Assembly (NCBI GenBank): GCA_031441465.1
Contig: JANOEP010000044.1
Coordinates: forward strand, 9,852 to 73,851
Length of the DNA stretch: 64,000 bases
Direction of reading: 5' to 3'
Source of the DNA: a bacterium
GTDB taxonomy: Bacteria > Krumholzibacteriota > Krumholzibacteriia > LZORAL124-64-63
Under the pieces are notes generated by a model that worked only from the letters and a program-made list of their open reading frames with translations, did not search any database and was not told the DNA's origin. Positions 38,311 to 48,421 of this stretch are shown here, in pieces. A program made the translations under genes and the position numbers. Positions within the stretch are counted from its first letter, which is position 1; each line of letters opens with the position of its first letter.

Positions 38311-40491
38311 TCAACGGGCGAGGGTGATCTTGGCCGTACGGCGGGCCGCGGCGGATCCGTCCTGCGGGCTGCTGAAGAAGGTGGCGAAGTAGATGCCGGC
38401 CGGGCAGGCGCGCCCGTCCCGGTCGCGGCCGTCCCAGGACGCGGAGCGCTCGCCGGCGGGGGCCGGGGGCAGGGCGTGTGCGTGGACGAGGCGTCCGCGG
38501 ATGTCGTGGATCTCCAGGCGGTCGCGGCTCGGGGCGGCGGTCCGCCAGCGCAGGATGCCGCGGCCGTGGAAGGGGTTGGGCAGCGGGGGCAGCAGGCTCA
38601 GGCCCGGGCCGTCGGCGCCGTCGCCCACCGCGACGACGACGTCCGCGGCGTGCAGCAGCCAGCCCTGGGGATCGACCGTCACCCCGGTCACCGCGGCGGG
38701 GACGGGCAGCCGGAAGTCCATGATCCGCCGGTCCACCCACAGGGCCACCGGGATGTCTCCGGCGGCGGTGGTGAGCGTCAGGTCCAACGGCATGATGAAG
38801 GGTTCGTCGCCGGTCAGGGGATCCGGCGGCTGGACCTGGCGCAGGTCGAGGTGCAGCACGTTCTGCCCGAATTCCTGCTCGTTGAACCAGGTCAGCGCCA
38901 ACTCGGGGTGGGTCGTGCGCAGGAGCCACTGGTCGAAGAACCAGTCGAGCTGTTGGCGGCTGGTGCGCTCGCAAGAGCCGACGAAGTCCGCTGTGGTGAC
39001 CGCCGTGTGGGAAACGTCGCGGTTCGTGATGTACTCGCGCAGGGCGTCGAAGAACATCTGGTCGCCGAGCACCCGCCGCAGCATGTGCAGCACCCAGGCG
39101 CCCTTGTGGTAGACCAGATCGTCGAAGTAGTACCAGGGGTCCGCGACGCCGGGCTCCCGCAGCAGGGGCGTGTCCCAATTCGTGAAGTTGCTGCGCGCCT
39201 TCATGAACCACTTCAGGGCGCTCGGGCCGGAGTTGTGCTCGCGCCACAGCCCCTCGACGTAGGTCGCGAACCCTTCGTTCAGCCAGACGTGGGTCCAGTC
39301 GGCGCAGGTGACCTTGTTGCCGAACCACTGGTGGGACAGCTCGTGCATGATGATGGTGTCGAAGAAGTGGTCGCCGCGCACGAAGTGGGACCCGTACGAG
39401 GTGGCTGTGGGGTGCTCCATGGCGCCGTCCCACTCGAACAGGGCCATGCCGTACTTTTCGCCCGGGAACGGGTAGGCCCCGAACTTCGACTCGCAGAACG
39501 CCATCATGGCGCCCAGTCGTTCGAAGTCGACGACGGCATCTTCCACGAGGTTGGGGTAGACGTAATGGGTCAGCGGCAGATCGCCGCCGATGCCGGCGTA
39601 GATTTCCTGGAGCACGACGTAGTCGCTGACGGCGACCGACAGGTGGTAGGTGCTCAGGGGCTGGGCCTCGCGCCAGCAGAACAGCTCGGTCGTCGCCGGG
39701 TCGCGACCCGCGAGCGGCGAGCCGGGCGGGGCGAGGGCGACGGCGCCAGGCAGGTAGGGGTGCGGCGGCGGCGCGGCCAGCGGCGCGCCGTTGGAGACGC
39801 CGATCAGGCCCGCGGGCACCACCAGCATGATGTCGCAGGTGGCCTTGTCCAGGGGGTAGTCCTTGCACGGCCACCAGGAACGGGCGCTCCAGGGTTCGCT
39901 GAGGCTGGCGGCGATCGGCTCGCCGTCGGGCCGCGTCGTGAACTGGAAGCCGAAGAAACCGGCCGGTTGGGGCGCACCGCTGAAGAACACGGCGACGGTC
40001 AGCGTGTCGACGGGCGAAACGGACGCCGCCAGCGACACGCGCAGCAGGTCGCCGTCGCGCTGCCAGGGCAGGGGCGTGAACACCGTGCTGATCTCGCCGG
40101 CGCCGCTGACGCCCATGCCGGCGGCGAAGTCCAGGACCAGCTCGCCGACGCCGGCCTGGACCGGCGTGAAGGTGACGAAGCAGGCGCCGCTCAGGACTTC
40201 CTGGTCGATGTTCACGTCGAGGTAGAGGGCGTAGTGCAGGACGTCGATGGCATCCTGCTCGGGTGTCGCCTGGGGCATCCGGTCGGCAGTGAAGGCGGCC
40301 GCGGCGGCCAGGGCCCGTGCCTTGCCTTCGTACGCCCAGGAGTCCGGGCTTTGGTCGGCCAGGAGGTGGTCGGTCGTGGTTCGAACGGCAGGATCGGTGA
40401 CGGGCGCGGCGAAGCCCGCGACGGGCGACAGCAGCGCGACGCACAGCAGAGCGGCGACTAGGCCGGCGGATGTCTTGGGCGATGTGTGCAT
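38311..40491 (-). CDS. Secreted M1-family aminopeptidase with FlgD-Ig CTD
   Basis: 'GAMEH', 'HELSHQWFG...WLNEGFATY', 'VYHKGA'. Signal peptide and PNPF CTD. Confidence 0.92.
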   Translation of the reverse strand: MHTSPKTSAGLVAALLCVALLSPVAGFAAPVTDPAVRTTTDHLLADQSPDSWAYEGKARALAAAAAFTADRMPQATPEQDAIDVLHYALYLDVNIDQEVLSGACFVTFTPVQAGVGELVLDFAAGMGVSGAGEISTVFTPLPWQRDGDLLRVSLAASVSPVDTLTVAVFFSGAPQPAGFFGFQFTTRPDGEPIAASLSEPWSARSWWPCKDYPLDKATCDIMLVVPAGLIGVSNGAPLAAPPPHPYLPGAVALAPPGSPLAGRDPATTELFCWREAQPLSTYHLSVAVSDYVVLQEIYAGIGGDLPLTHYVYPNLVEDAVVDFERLGAMMAFCESKFGAYPFPGEKYGMALFEWDGAMEHPTATSYGSHFVRGDHFFDTIIMHELSHQWFGNKVTCADWTHVWLNEGFATYVEGLWREHNSGPSALKWFMKARSNFTNWDTPLLREPGVADPWYYFDDLVYHKGAWVLHMLRRVLGDQMFFDALREYITNRDVSHTAVTTADFVGSCERTSRQQLDWFFDQWLLRTTHPELALTWFNEQEFGQNVLHLDLRQVQPPDPLTGDEPFIMPLDLTLTTAAGDIPVALWVDRRIMDFRLPVPAAVTGVTVDPQGWLLHAADVVVAVGDGADGPGLSLLPPLPNPFHGRGILRWRTAAPSRDRLEIHDIRGRLVHAHALPPAPAGERSASWDGRDRDGRACPAGIYFATFFSSPQDGSAAARRTAKITLAR

Positions 40492-40657
40492 GACGGGGTT
40501 ACAGTCTCAAAGAACCTGGTTGTCTCCTCAAGTTGTCTGGCTCACAATGCAGGATGCCGCGCGGATCGCGCGAACGGTCCATGTTAGCACATGAGAGCAT
40601 CTTTTGCACCCGCCGGTATCCGCGATGCGGGCCGGCTCGGACCTTCGGGAGGAACCG

Positions 40658-41950
40658 ATGCCGGACAATCGCGCTTTTTCGCTCGATCTGACTGGTTTAG
40701 AGTCATTTCTCGACCGCGGCGCGATCGACGAGCGCGCCGACCTGGCGCGTGCCATCGGCGCGGAACTGGCCCGCCGCGAGGGTCCCGGCGCCGACTTCTT
40801 GGGTTGGCTGGACCTGCCGCGCAACGCGTCCGGCCCGGATCTGGACCGCCTCCGGGACGCCGCCGAAGAAGCCCGCCGCGCCACCGACGTCGTGGTGGTG
40901 ATCGGCATCGGCGGCTCCTACCTGGGCGCCGAGGCCGTCCTGCACGCCCTGGCCGACCGCACCTCCGGACCCGAGATCCTGTTCGCCGGCACGCACCTGT
41001 GCGCCGCCGGACTGCGCCGCCTGCTGCGGCGCATCGAAGGGCGCGAGGTGCGGCTGTGCGTGATCTCCAAGTCCGGCACGACGCTGGAGCCCGCCGTGTC
41101 GTTCCGCCTGTTCCGCGCCGCGCTGCGGGAGCGCTACGGCCGCGACGGCGAGCGGCGCCGCATCACCGCGATCACCGACGCCTCGCGCGGCGCCCTGCGC
41201 GCGCTGGCCGACGCCGAAGGTTGGGACAGCTACGTCATCCCCGACGACGTGGGCGGGCGCTTCTCGGTGCTGAGCCCGGTGGGCCTGTGGCCGCTGGCCG
41301 TCGCCGGTCTGGACGTGCGCCGCCTGCTCGAGGGGGCGGCCGACATGGCGGCCACCTGCGAAAACCCCGTGCTCGCCGCCAATCCCGCGCACCTGTACGC
41401 CGTGGCGCGCCACCAGCTCTACAGCGCCGGCTTCACGACCGAGGTGCTCAGCACCTTCCACAGCGACCTCGGGCCCCTGCAGGAGTGGTGGAAGCAGCTG
41501 TTCGGCGAGAGCGAGGGCAAGCACGGGCGCGGCATCTTCCCGGCGTCGTGCCGTTTCACGACCGACCTGCACAGCCTCGGCCAGTACCTGCAGGACGGCC
41601 GCCGCGAACTGTTCGAAACCTTCCTGACCGTCCGCGAGACCGATCCCTCGCTCGTCGTCCCCGCCTCGACGGACCGGGGCGACGGGCTCGGCTACCTCGA
41701 GGGCCGCTCCCTCGACGACATCAACGCCCAGGCCTACGCCGGCACGCGCGCCGCTCACCGCGAGGGGGGGCTGCCGACGCTCAGTCTGGAGCTGGCGCGA
41801 CTGGACGAGTGGAGCGTCGGCGGGCTGCTCTTCTTCTTCGAGAAGGCCGTGGCGGTCAGCGGGCGCCTGCTGGGGGTGAACCCCTTCGATCAGCCCGGTG
41901 TCGAGGCCTACAAGCGCGAGATGTTCCGGCTGCTGGGCAAGCCCGCCTGA
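40658..41950 (+). CDS. pgi: Glucose-6-phosphate isomerase
   Basis: 'IGIGGSYLG', 'SKSGTTLEP', 'DVGGRFSVL', 'QLFGESEGK', 'NPFDQPGVEAYK'. Confidence 0.96.
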   Translation: MPDNRAFSLDLTGLESFLDRGAIDERADLARAIGAELARREGPGADFLGWLDLPRNASGPDLDRLRDAAEEARRATDVVVVIGIGGSYLGAEAVLHALADRTSGPEILFAGTHLCAAGLRRLLRRIEGREVRLCVISKSGTTLEPAVSFRLFRAALRERYGRDGERRRITAITDASRGALRALADAEGWDSYVIPDDVGGRFSVLSPVGLWPLAVAGLDVRRLLEGAADMAATCENPVLAANPAHLYAVARHQLYSAGFTTEVLSTFHSDLGPLQEWWKQLFGESEGKHGRGIFPASCRFTTDLHSLGQYLQDGRRELFETFLTVRETDPSLVVPASTDRGDGLGYLEGRSLDDINAQAYAGTRAAHREGGLPTLSLELARLDEWSVGGLLFFFEKAVAVSGRLLGVNPFDQPGVEAYKREMFRLLGKPA

Positions 41951-42005
41951 AGCGGGGAAACCGCGTCCGGATGGCTGCGGCTTCCCCGTTGGAACGCGGC
42001 GCGGG

Positions 42006-44951
42006 TCAACGCGCGAGCGTCACTTTGATCGAGCGCTCTTTTCCGTCGGCGGTCAGCCTCACCACGTAACTTCCCGAAGCAGCAACGCGTCCGCGCTCGT
42101 CGCGACCGTCCCAGACCAGCGCCTGCCAGCCGGCCGGTCGCGCGGTCATCGCCAGTTCGCGAACCAGCCTCCCCATCTGGTCGTAAACGGCAAGACGGAT
42201 CCGGGACGCCGCCGGCAACCCGAAGCGGATCGTCGTGCTGGGATTGAAGGGATTGGGATAACTCTCCAGCGCGAACGGCGCCGCGGGGGTGCTCGGCCCG
42301 GCGCCGGTGACGTCCTGCGGCCGCAACAGGCCTGGGGCACCCCGGTTCCCGTGCACGTCAACGCCCGCCACCTTGTAATAGGAACCGCTTCCGGTCTCCC
42401 ACGACGCGTCGGTCCAGATCGTGTCACGCAAAGAGGCGACCAGACTGGCCTCGTTCACTGGGAAGTCCGGACTCGTGCCGCGGTGGACCTCGTAGCGGTC
42501 GAGGTCCGCTTCGGTATTCGGATGCCAGGCGAGGTCGAGCCGCGCCGGACCGAACTGTGCGCGGCCGGCCAGCCCCTGTAGCAGCGCCGGCGCCAGGTTG
42601 TCGACCGAGCGCGCGCTGTCGGGCGGCGACGCCCAGAACACGGCGGGATCGGCCGTGTGCGCGAGGACCTGGACGTAGGTGGGATCGTCGCAGACCGCGG
42701 TGGAGTCGAACAGCGTCGGGACGGTCTCCGCGTAGCCGGGCAGGTAGTACGCGTCCAGCGAGGAGATCAGCCGCCAGTAGAAGGTCCGGCCGTCGAGGGT
42801 TTCCGTCCGCAGTTCCCGCTGTGGGGCGGCCGCTTTCTGGAGCGCCGCTTCGGCGGCGGTGATGGCGCGCCAGACCGTGTAGCGGGTGATGAGCCGCTGC
42901 TGCGCGTCGTCGCCGGGGCTGGCGTGCCACGAGAGGTCGAGCAGGCCACCCTGGTCGCCCGGGACGTCCCGCACCGCGTGGAGGCGCGGCACGCGGTCGC
43001 CGGCGCCGCTGCACGCGACGCCGGGGCAGGCGACTCCGGTCGTGATCATGGCGGCCGCCGGCTCGACCGCGACGGGGGAGAAGCGGACCACCACGTCGAG
43101 CGTGTCGCCGTGGCCGAGGTCGAAGGGCCCGGCGCCCTGGACGAGGCTGAAGGGCGAGGCTGGCGTGTCGACGGTCCCGGTCAGCCGGCAGCCGCCCTGG
43201 TTCGTGACGACGAACGGGAGATCCGCGTGCTGCCCGATCGACACGACGCCGAAGTCCAGCGACGCGGGCGCGACCAGGCAGGAGGGATCGACGCCGAGGC
43301 CGGTGAGCGGGATGTCCGCGCAGCCGCCGAGCCCGATGTCCAGGGTGCAGGCGTGCGTCCCGCCGGAGGTCGGTTCGCAGCGCACGGTCACCGCCAGCTG
43401 TTCGCCGGCGCCGAGGCTGAATGGGCCGCCGCCCGCCAGGACGGTGAAATGGTCGCACGATTCGGAGACGTCGCCGGTCACGACGCCGCCGCCGTCGTTG
43501 CTGATGACCAGCGTGCTGTCCCTGTAGGCTTCCACCTGCCCGAAGTCGAGCTGGTCCGGCTCGACCCGGCACAGGGGCGTCGGCTGCGCGAAGATGTCCG
43601 TGCCGCCGCCGCCGCCGCTGCGGGCGTCCCACCAGGCGACCAGCTCGTTGCTCGTGGTGAGGGTGGCGGGGTAGGGGTAGGTCTGGTCGCCGTCGGCCGC
43701 GCACAGGACGAGCCCGTCGGCCGCCCACCGCGCGGCGCCGTTGGCGTCGACCTGCTGGACGTAGATGTCGGCGTCGGCGCCGCGCTGGTCGTGCCAGGTC
43801 ACGACGGCGCCGCCGTCGCCGTCGGCGACGACCCGGGCGCCCTGCTGGTGGCCGCTCGCATCGCAGATCGCGAGTCCGGCGGTTCCCCACATCAGATCCC
43901 CGGTGGAGCGTACGCGCTGGGCGTAGATGTCGTAGTTGTAGTTTCGCATGTCGCGCCAGACGACGATCGCGCCGCCGTTGCCGGTGCTTGCGATCTGGGG
44001 GTTGTCGGCGGCCGGCAAGCCGGAGGAGAACATGACGACGCCGCCGGCTCCCCACTGGACGGTGCCCGTGGTATCGATGCGCTGAGCTGAGATCGTGGAG
44101 GTGCCCAAACCGTTCGTACACCAGGCGATGACGGCTCCCGTCCCGCCGTCGTCGACGATCTGGGGGCTGATCCTATTGTACATAGGGGTGTAAGGTGAAA
44201 TCTGCACGCCGCCGCCGCTCCACATCGTGGCGCCGGTGCTCAGTAGTCGCTGGGCGTAGATGGTGCTGTTGGCGCTGCGGCCGTCCTGCCAGACGACGAT
44301 CAGCCCACCAAGGCCGTCGGAGGCGAGCCGGGGCACGCTCTGGTTGCCGCTCACGCCGGAGACGTTCACACCCTGCGTCGTCCACTGCCCCGTTCCGTCC
44401 GGGGACAGCCGTTGCGCGTAGATGTCCTCGTTGCCGGCGGTGCGGCTGTCGGCCCAGACGATGAAGGCGCCGCCCGCCCCGTCCGCCGTGATCCGGGCGT
44501 ATTGCTGGGTACCGGACATCGTGCAGACCGGAACACCGTTCGCCGCCCAGAGACAGACACCGGACAGGCTCACCTTCTGGGCGTAGACGTCGGAATTGCC
44601 GGATCTGGTGTCCTCCCAGACGACGACCACGGCCTCCGGATCGACCAGCGCCAGGCCCGTGAAGTACTGCGCCGAGGCACCCGTGCACACCGCGACGCCG
44701 TCGAGGCCCCAGAGCGGTTCCCCGGCGGCGTCCATCCTCTGTGCGTAGACGTCGAGGTTGCCGTTGCGGTTGTCCCGCCAGGCGACGACCGTCCCGCCGG
44801 TGCCGTCGGACACGACGCAGACCTCGCTCTGATCGCCGGCCGACCGGCAGACGGGAACCCCGTCGGGCACCCAGGCGGACGTCGGCGCCGCCGAGGCGAG
44901 CAAGATCGCCAGGGCCGCGATCGCGGTTGTCGTGAAGGTGGTCCGGGTCAT
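42006..44951 (-). CDS. Secreted repeat protein (beta-propeller-like repeats, two choice-of-anchor-D/ASH-like Ig domains, FlgD-Ig CTD)
   Basis: About 7 repeats of 'DG.GG..V.W.D.R....DIYAQR', two 'LDFG.V' Ig domains, PNPFNP CTD. Confidence 0.85.
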   Translation of the reverse strand: MTRTTFTTTAIAALAILLASAAPTSAWVPDGVPVCRSAGDQSEVCVVSDGTGGTVVAWRDNRNGNLDVYAQRMDAAGEPLWGLDGVAVCTGASAQYFTGLALVDPEAVVVVWEDTRSGNSDVYAQKVSLSGVCLWAANGVPVCTMSGTQQYARITADGAGGAFIVWADSRTAGNEDIYAQRLSPDGTGQWTTQGVNVSGVSGNQSVPRLASDGLGGLIVVWQDGRSANSTIYAQRLLSTGATMWSGGGVQISPYTPMYNRISPQIVDDGGTGAVIAWCTNGLGTSTISAQRIDTTGTVQWGAGGVVMFSSGLPAADNPQIASTGNGGAIVVWRDMRNYNYDIYAQRVRSTGDLMWGTAGLAICDASGHQQGARVVADGDGGAVVTWHDQRGADADIYVQQVDANGAARWAADGLVLCAADGDQTYPYPATLTTSNELVAWWDARSGGGGGTDIFAQPTPLCRVEPDQLDFGQVEAYRDSTLVISNDGGGVVTGDVSESCDHFTVLAGGGPFSLGAGEQLAVTVRCEPTSGGTHACTLDIGLGGCADIPLTGLGVDPSCLVAPASLDFGVVSIGQHADLPFVVTNQGGCRLTGTVDTPASPFSLVQGAGPFDLGHGDTLDVVVRFSPVAVEPAAAMITTGVACPGVACSGAGDRVPRLHAVRDVPGDQGGLLDLSWHASPGDDAQQRLITRYTVWRAITAAEAALQKAAAPQRELRTETLDGRTFYWRLISSLDAYYLPGYAETVPTLFDSTAVCDDPTYVQVLAHTADPAVFWASPPDSARSVDNLAPALLQGLAGRAQFGPARLDLAWHPNTEADLDRYEVHRGTSPDFPVNEASLVASLRDTIWTDASWETGSGSYYKVAGVDVHGNRGAPGLLRPQDVTGAGPSTPAAPFALESYPNPFNPSTTIRFGLPAASRIRLAVYDQMGRLVRELAMTARPAGWQALVWDGRDERGRVAASGSYVVRLTADGKERSIKVTLAR

Positions 44952-45032
44952 GGCTGATCTCCCTCCGCTTCGGTGGTGCCGGCAGGAACGGGGGCGCGGA
45001 CCGGCGGCCGCGCCCTCCTCATCGATGGGACT

Positions 45033-45836
45033 TCATCGGTACATGCTCTTGATGGCCCCCCAGCTCGTGGTGTCTCCGGCGACCGCACCGCAGTCGCAGG
45101 CCGTCGCGCAGAGGTTCACGGGCGTGATGACGCCGCCGCAGTTGAAGTTGAGCGCGAAGCAGCAGACCGCGGCGAAGGGCACGGTCGCGTCGGCCGACAC
45201 GGCGAGGTGGCCGCTCCAGCCCGGCGGCACCGGGTTGGGCGCGGGCGACAGGTCCTCGTTCAGCAGCGCGACGTTCCAGCCGGCGCACACGCCGGCGAAC
45301 CACCAACCGGCCCAGCCCGGGCACATCGTCACGACGTGGATCATGGAATGGCCGAAGCCCGGGCAGACCAGCAGATTGCCGAAGTGGGCGTTGACCTGGC
45401 CGCCGGGGGCGCCGTTGAAGAACCAGATGATGTCCACGTTGCCGTCCCAGTGGTCCTCGGGTCCGCAGTAGTCCTTGTCCCCGGTCGGCATGAGCCAGGG
45501 CAGGGTCTCGGTCGCCGAGGGAGGCAATTCCTCCCGCAGAACCTCCAGGAAGACGTCGAAGAAGCTGTCCGGCATCATCGGCGGTATCTGGAAGGTGCCG
45601 ATCGTGCCGTGACGAGGCAGGAAGGCGCCGTACTCCTGCGAGAAGAGTTCGCCCGACGCCAGTTCAGAGGTCTGGGTGCCCGCGTTGTGGAACTGGACGT
45701 GGAAGGCGACCATGGCTCCCTGCGTCTCCCAGTCGACGGCGACGACCTCGAGCCCGCCCTGCGCCGCAGTGGCCGCAGGCAGCAGCAGAACCGCAGCCGC
45801 GACCAAGCAGAGTGCGATACGTAGCTTGTGGTGCAT
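45033..45836 (-). CDS. Secreted Cys-containing protein with WGxxKxxY tail
   Basis: Signal peptide ending ATAA. Ends AVAGDTTSWGAIKSMYR. Confidence 0.78.
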   Translation of the reverse strand: MHHKLRIALCLVAAAVLLLPAATAAQGGLEVVAVDWETQGAMVAFHVQFHNAGTQTSELASGELFSQEYGAFLPRHGTIGTFQIPPMMPDSFFDVFLEVLREELPPSATETLPWLMPTGDKDYCGPEDHWDGNVDIIWFFNGAPGGQVNAHFGNLLVCPGFGHSMIHVVTMCPGWAGWWFAGVCAGWNVALLNEDLSPAPNPVPPGWSGHLAVSADATVPFAAVCCFALNFNCGGVITPVNLCATACDCGAVAGDTTSWGAIKSMYR

Positions 45837-46319
45837 GTTCGACCCCCTTGAAGCTGGACTGTGCCCGGCCGACGACGCTCGCCGACCGGCAGGAGCCGCC
45901 GGGCGTCCCTCCCTCGGACGCGCCGTCGGCGTCGAACGCCACCCGCATGTGGGACGGCCGGTCCGGAGCGCGCGGATACGCCGCGCGCCGGCATCGCAGG
46001 CAGGGGGCGGAGTCGGAGTCTTCGGTGACGGAGGCTCGGGATCGAAGATCGAGGGCGTGCGGCCGAGGTGAAGGCGGGGTTGATCGGGCTCCGCAGCCCC
46101 CGGAACGACGATCTTGGCGCCGGGCGGAGAATGCTGTCAACGGGGCTGCCGGCCGCCGTTCCAGCTGCATGGGGCCCATCGGGTTGTCGGGCGGTTGCGC
46201 GCCGCCGCCACCCTGCCGGAAAGCCGATCTCCCCCGCGGCCGTCTCCGACCTGACAAACCCGCCCCGCTGCGCTACATTTCGCCGGCACCGAGCCCACCC
46301 ACGCGAAGGGAACGCGACC

Positions 46320-47558
46320 ATGTCCAGCCAGATCCGCCCGCACGGCAGCGACCACCTGATGCCCCTGCTCCTGGAGGGCGCCGCCCGCGACGCCGAACTG
46401 AAGCGGGCCGCGGGCCTGCCGCAGGTCGTCATCAGCAGCCGCGAGGCCGGCGACCTGATCATGCTGGGCATCGGCGGCTTCACGCCGCTGACCGGTTTCA
46501 TGGGGAAGGCCGACTGGGAGGGCGTCTGCCGCGACATGAAGCTGGCGAACGGCGTCTTCTGGCCGATCCCCATCACCCTGAGCGTGGACCGCGCGACGGC
46601 CGGCGCGCTCAAGAGCGGCGACGAGATCGCGCTGCTCGAGCCGGAGACGGGCGAGATCCTCGCCACCATGGCGGTGCGGGAGAAGTACGAGATCGACCGC
46701 GCCTTCGAGTGCGAGCGCGTCTTCCGCACCGTCGACCCCGAGCATCCTGGCGTCAAGATGGTCCTGGAGCAGAAGGACATGAACCTCGGCGGCCCGGTGA
46801 AGGTGCTGAGCGAGAGCACGTTCCCGGCCGAGTTCCCCGGCCTTTACATGCGACCCGAGGAGAGCCGCCGCATCTTCGCCGAGCGCGGCTGGAAGACGAT
46901 CGCCGCGCTGCAGCTGCGCAACCCCATGCACCGCAGCCACGAGTACCTCGCCAAGATCGCGCTGGAAATCAACGACGGCGTGTTCATCCACCAGCTCGTG
47001 GGCAACCTGAAGCCCGGGGACATCCCCGCCGACGTGCGCGCGAAGTGCATCGACGCGCTGGTCGACGGCTACTTCCTCAAGCAGAGCGTCCTGCAGGGCG
47101 GCTACCCGCTGGACATGCGCTACGCCGGACCGCGCGAGGGCCTGCTGCACGGCCTGTTCCGCCAGAACTTCGGCTGCACGCACATGATCATCGGCCGCGA
47201 CCACGCCGGCGTCGGCAACTACTACGGCCCCTTCGACGCCCAGAACATCTGGTCGGAGATCCCCGCGGGCTCGCTCGAGATCGAGATGCTGCCCATCGAC
47301 TGGACCTTCTGGTGCTTCAAGTGCGGCGGCATGATCTCCATGCGCACCTGCCCCCACGGCAAGGAGGACCGCCTGTTCCTCTCGGGTACGGCCCTGCGCA
47401 AGGGCCTGAGCGAGGGCGGCGAGATCCCGCCCGAGTTCTCGCGCCCCGAGGTGCTGACGATCCTGAAGGAGTACTACGCCGGGATCGACGCCGCGAGCCG
47501 CGTGGAAGTGAAGCTGCACGACGCGGCGACGGGCAAGGGGACCGAGAAGAAATCCTGA
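46320..47558 (+). CDS. sat: Sulfate adenylyltransferase (ATP sulfurylase, Sat type)
   Basis: 'GFTPLTGFM', '[11 protein letters not shown]', 'MRYAGPRE', 'GRDHAGVG', 'LSGT'. Confidence 0.95.
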   Translation: MSSQIRPHGSDHLMPLLLEGAARDAELKRAAGLPQVVISSREAGDLIMLGIGGFTPLTGFMGKADWEGVCRDMKLANGVFWPIPITLSVDRATAGALKSGDEIALLEPETGEILATMAVREKYEIDRAFECERVFRTVDPEHPGVKMVLEQKDMNLGGPVKVLSESTFPAEFPGLYMRPEESRRIFAERGWKTIAALQLRNPMHRSHEYLAKIALEINDGVFIHQLVGNLKPGDIPADVRAKCIDALVDGYFLKQSVLQGGYPLDMRYAGPREGLLHGLFRQNFGCTHMIIGRDHAGVGNYYGPFDAQNIWSEIPAGSLEIEMLPIDWTFWCFKCGGMISMRTCPHGKEDRLFLSGTALRKGLSEGGEIPPEFSRPEVLTILKEYYAGIDAASRVEVKLHDAATGKGTEKKS

Positions 47559-47651
47559 CGCGTCCTGACCGCGGTGCGGAAGTTGCCCTCGCCGGGAGAG
47601 AGGGAGTCGGCGTGAAGGACCGGCCAGCGAGCGCGATTCGGTGAATCGGGC

Positions 47652-47680
47652 TTGACCCGCGGTCCGTTCTTGCCGACAAT
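47652..47680 (+). promoter_or_regulatory. Sigma70-like promoter upstream of the NYN leader RNA
   Basis: TTGACC-N17-GACAAT. Confidence 0.6.
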
Positions 47681-47685
47681 CAGGG

Positions 47686-47757
47686 AGCAGTCAACCCCAG
47701 TTCGGCTCGTTGAGCCGACTGGCCCCCTCCGGGTTGCGACCCGGAGGGTTTCTTTTT
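47686..47757 (+). ncRNA. Putative ~70-nt structured leader/small RNA ending in an intrinsic terminator
   Basis: Hairpin CCAG-T-TCGGCTC/GAGCCGA-CTGG (47697-47722), then CCCTCCGGGT-TGCG-ACCCGGAGGG plus TTTCTTTTT (47725-47757). Confidence 0.5.
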
Positions 47758-48406
47758 GATAACCACAATGAATAGAACGACTTTCCTGGTTGATGGCTTC
47801 AATCTCTATCATTCATTGCGCACGGCGTCGGAGGAAATGGGCGGCGCTTCGACGAAGTGGTTGGACCTGTCCAGCCTCCTGCGATCCTATCTGCCGAACA
47901 TCGGCGGCGGTGCGCAGGTCGAGCGCATTTACTATTTCTCCGCGCTTGCCACACACCTGGAGCAGCGACAACCGGGCGTGACAGTTCGCCATCGCACCTA
48001 CATCGAATGCTTACAGTCGACAGGCATCATCCCGGTTCTGGGGCGCTTCAAGTCAAAGCAGGTCCATTGCAGAAACTGCCAGCGCCAGAGCGTGCACTTC
48101 GAGGAGAAAGAAACGGACGTCGCGATATCGACGAAATTGCTCGAGGTGCTCCATCTGGTCGCAGCAGACACGGTGGTGCTCGTTACCGGAGACACGGATC
48201 TGGCGCCGGCCGTCCGTACCGCGCGGTCGCTGTTTCCGGCCAAGCGCATCTGGTTCGTCTTCCCGTACAAACGGAAGAACAACGAGCTTGCACAAATCGC
48301 CGACGGCTACTGCTACATCCGCAAAGAGCGCTACAGGCAACACCAATTCCCTGCGACCGTGACATTGGCCACCGGCCGAACCATTGACAAGCCCGCCGCA
48401 TGGTAG
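47756..48406 (+). CDS. NYN (LabA/DUF88, PIN-fold) ribonuclease
   Basis: 'FLVDGFNLYH', 'EEKETDVAI', 'LVTGDTDLAPA'. Inserted CRNC knuckle-like motif. Lower GC. Start TTG 47756 or ATG 47768. Confidence 0.9.
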   Translation: MITTMNRTTFLVDGFNLYHSLRTASEEMGGASTKWLDLSSLLRSYLPNIGGGAQVERIYYFSALATHLEQRQPGVTVRHRTYIECLQSTGIIPVLGRFKSKQVHCRNCQRQSVHFEEKETDVAISTKLLEVLHLVAADTVVLVTGDTDLAPAVRTARSLFPAKRIWFVFPYKRKNNELAQIADGYCYIRKERYRQHQFPATVTLATGRTIDKPAAW

Positions 48407-48421
48407 GACCGCGGACGGGGC

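Noticed and set aside
45837..46319. Long GC-rich intergenic region upstream of sat as a riboswitch or ncRNA
   Set aside because: No SAM-riboswitch or other recognisable consensus found by eye; a covariance-model search would be needed.
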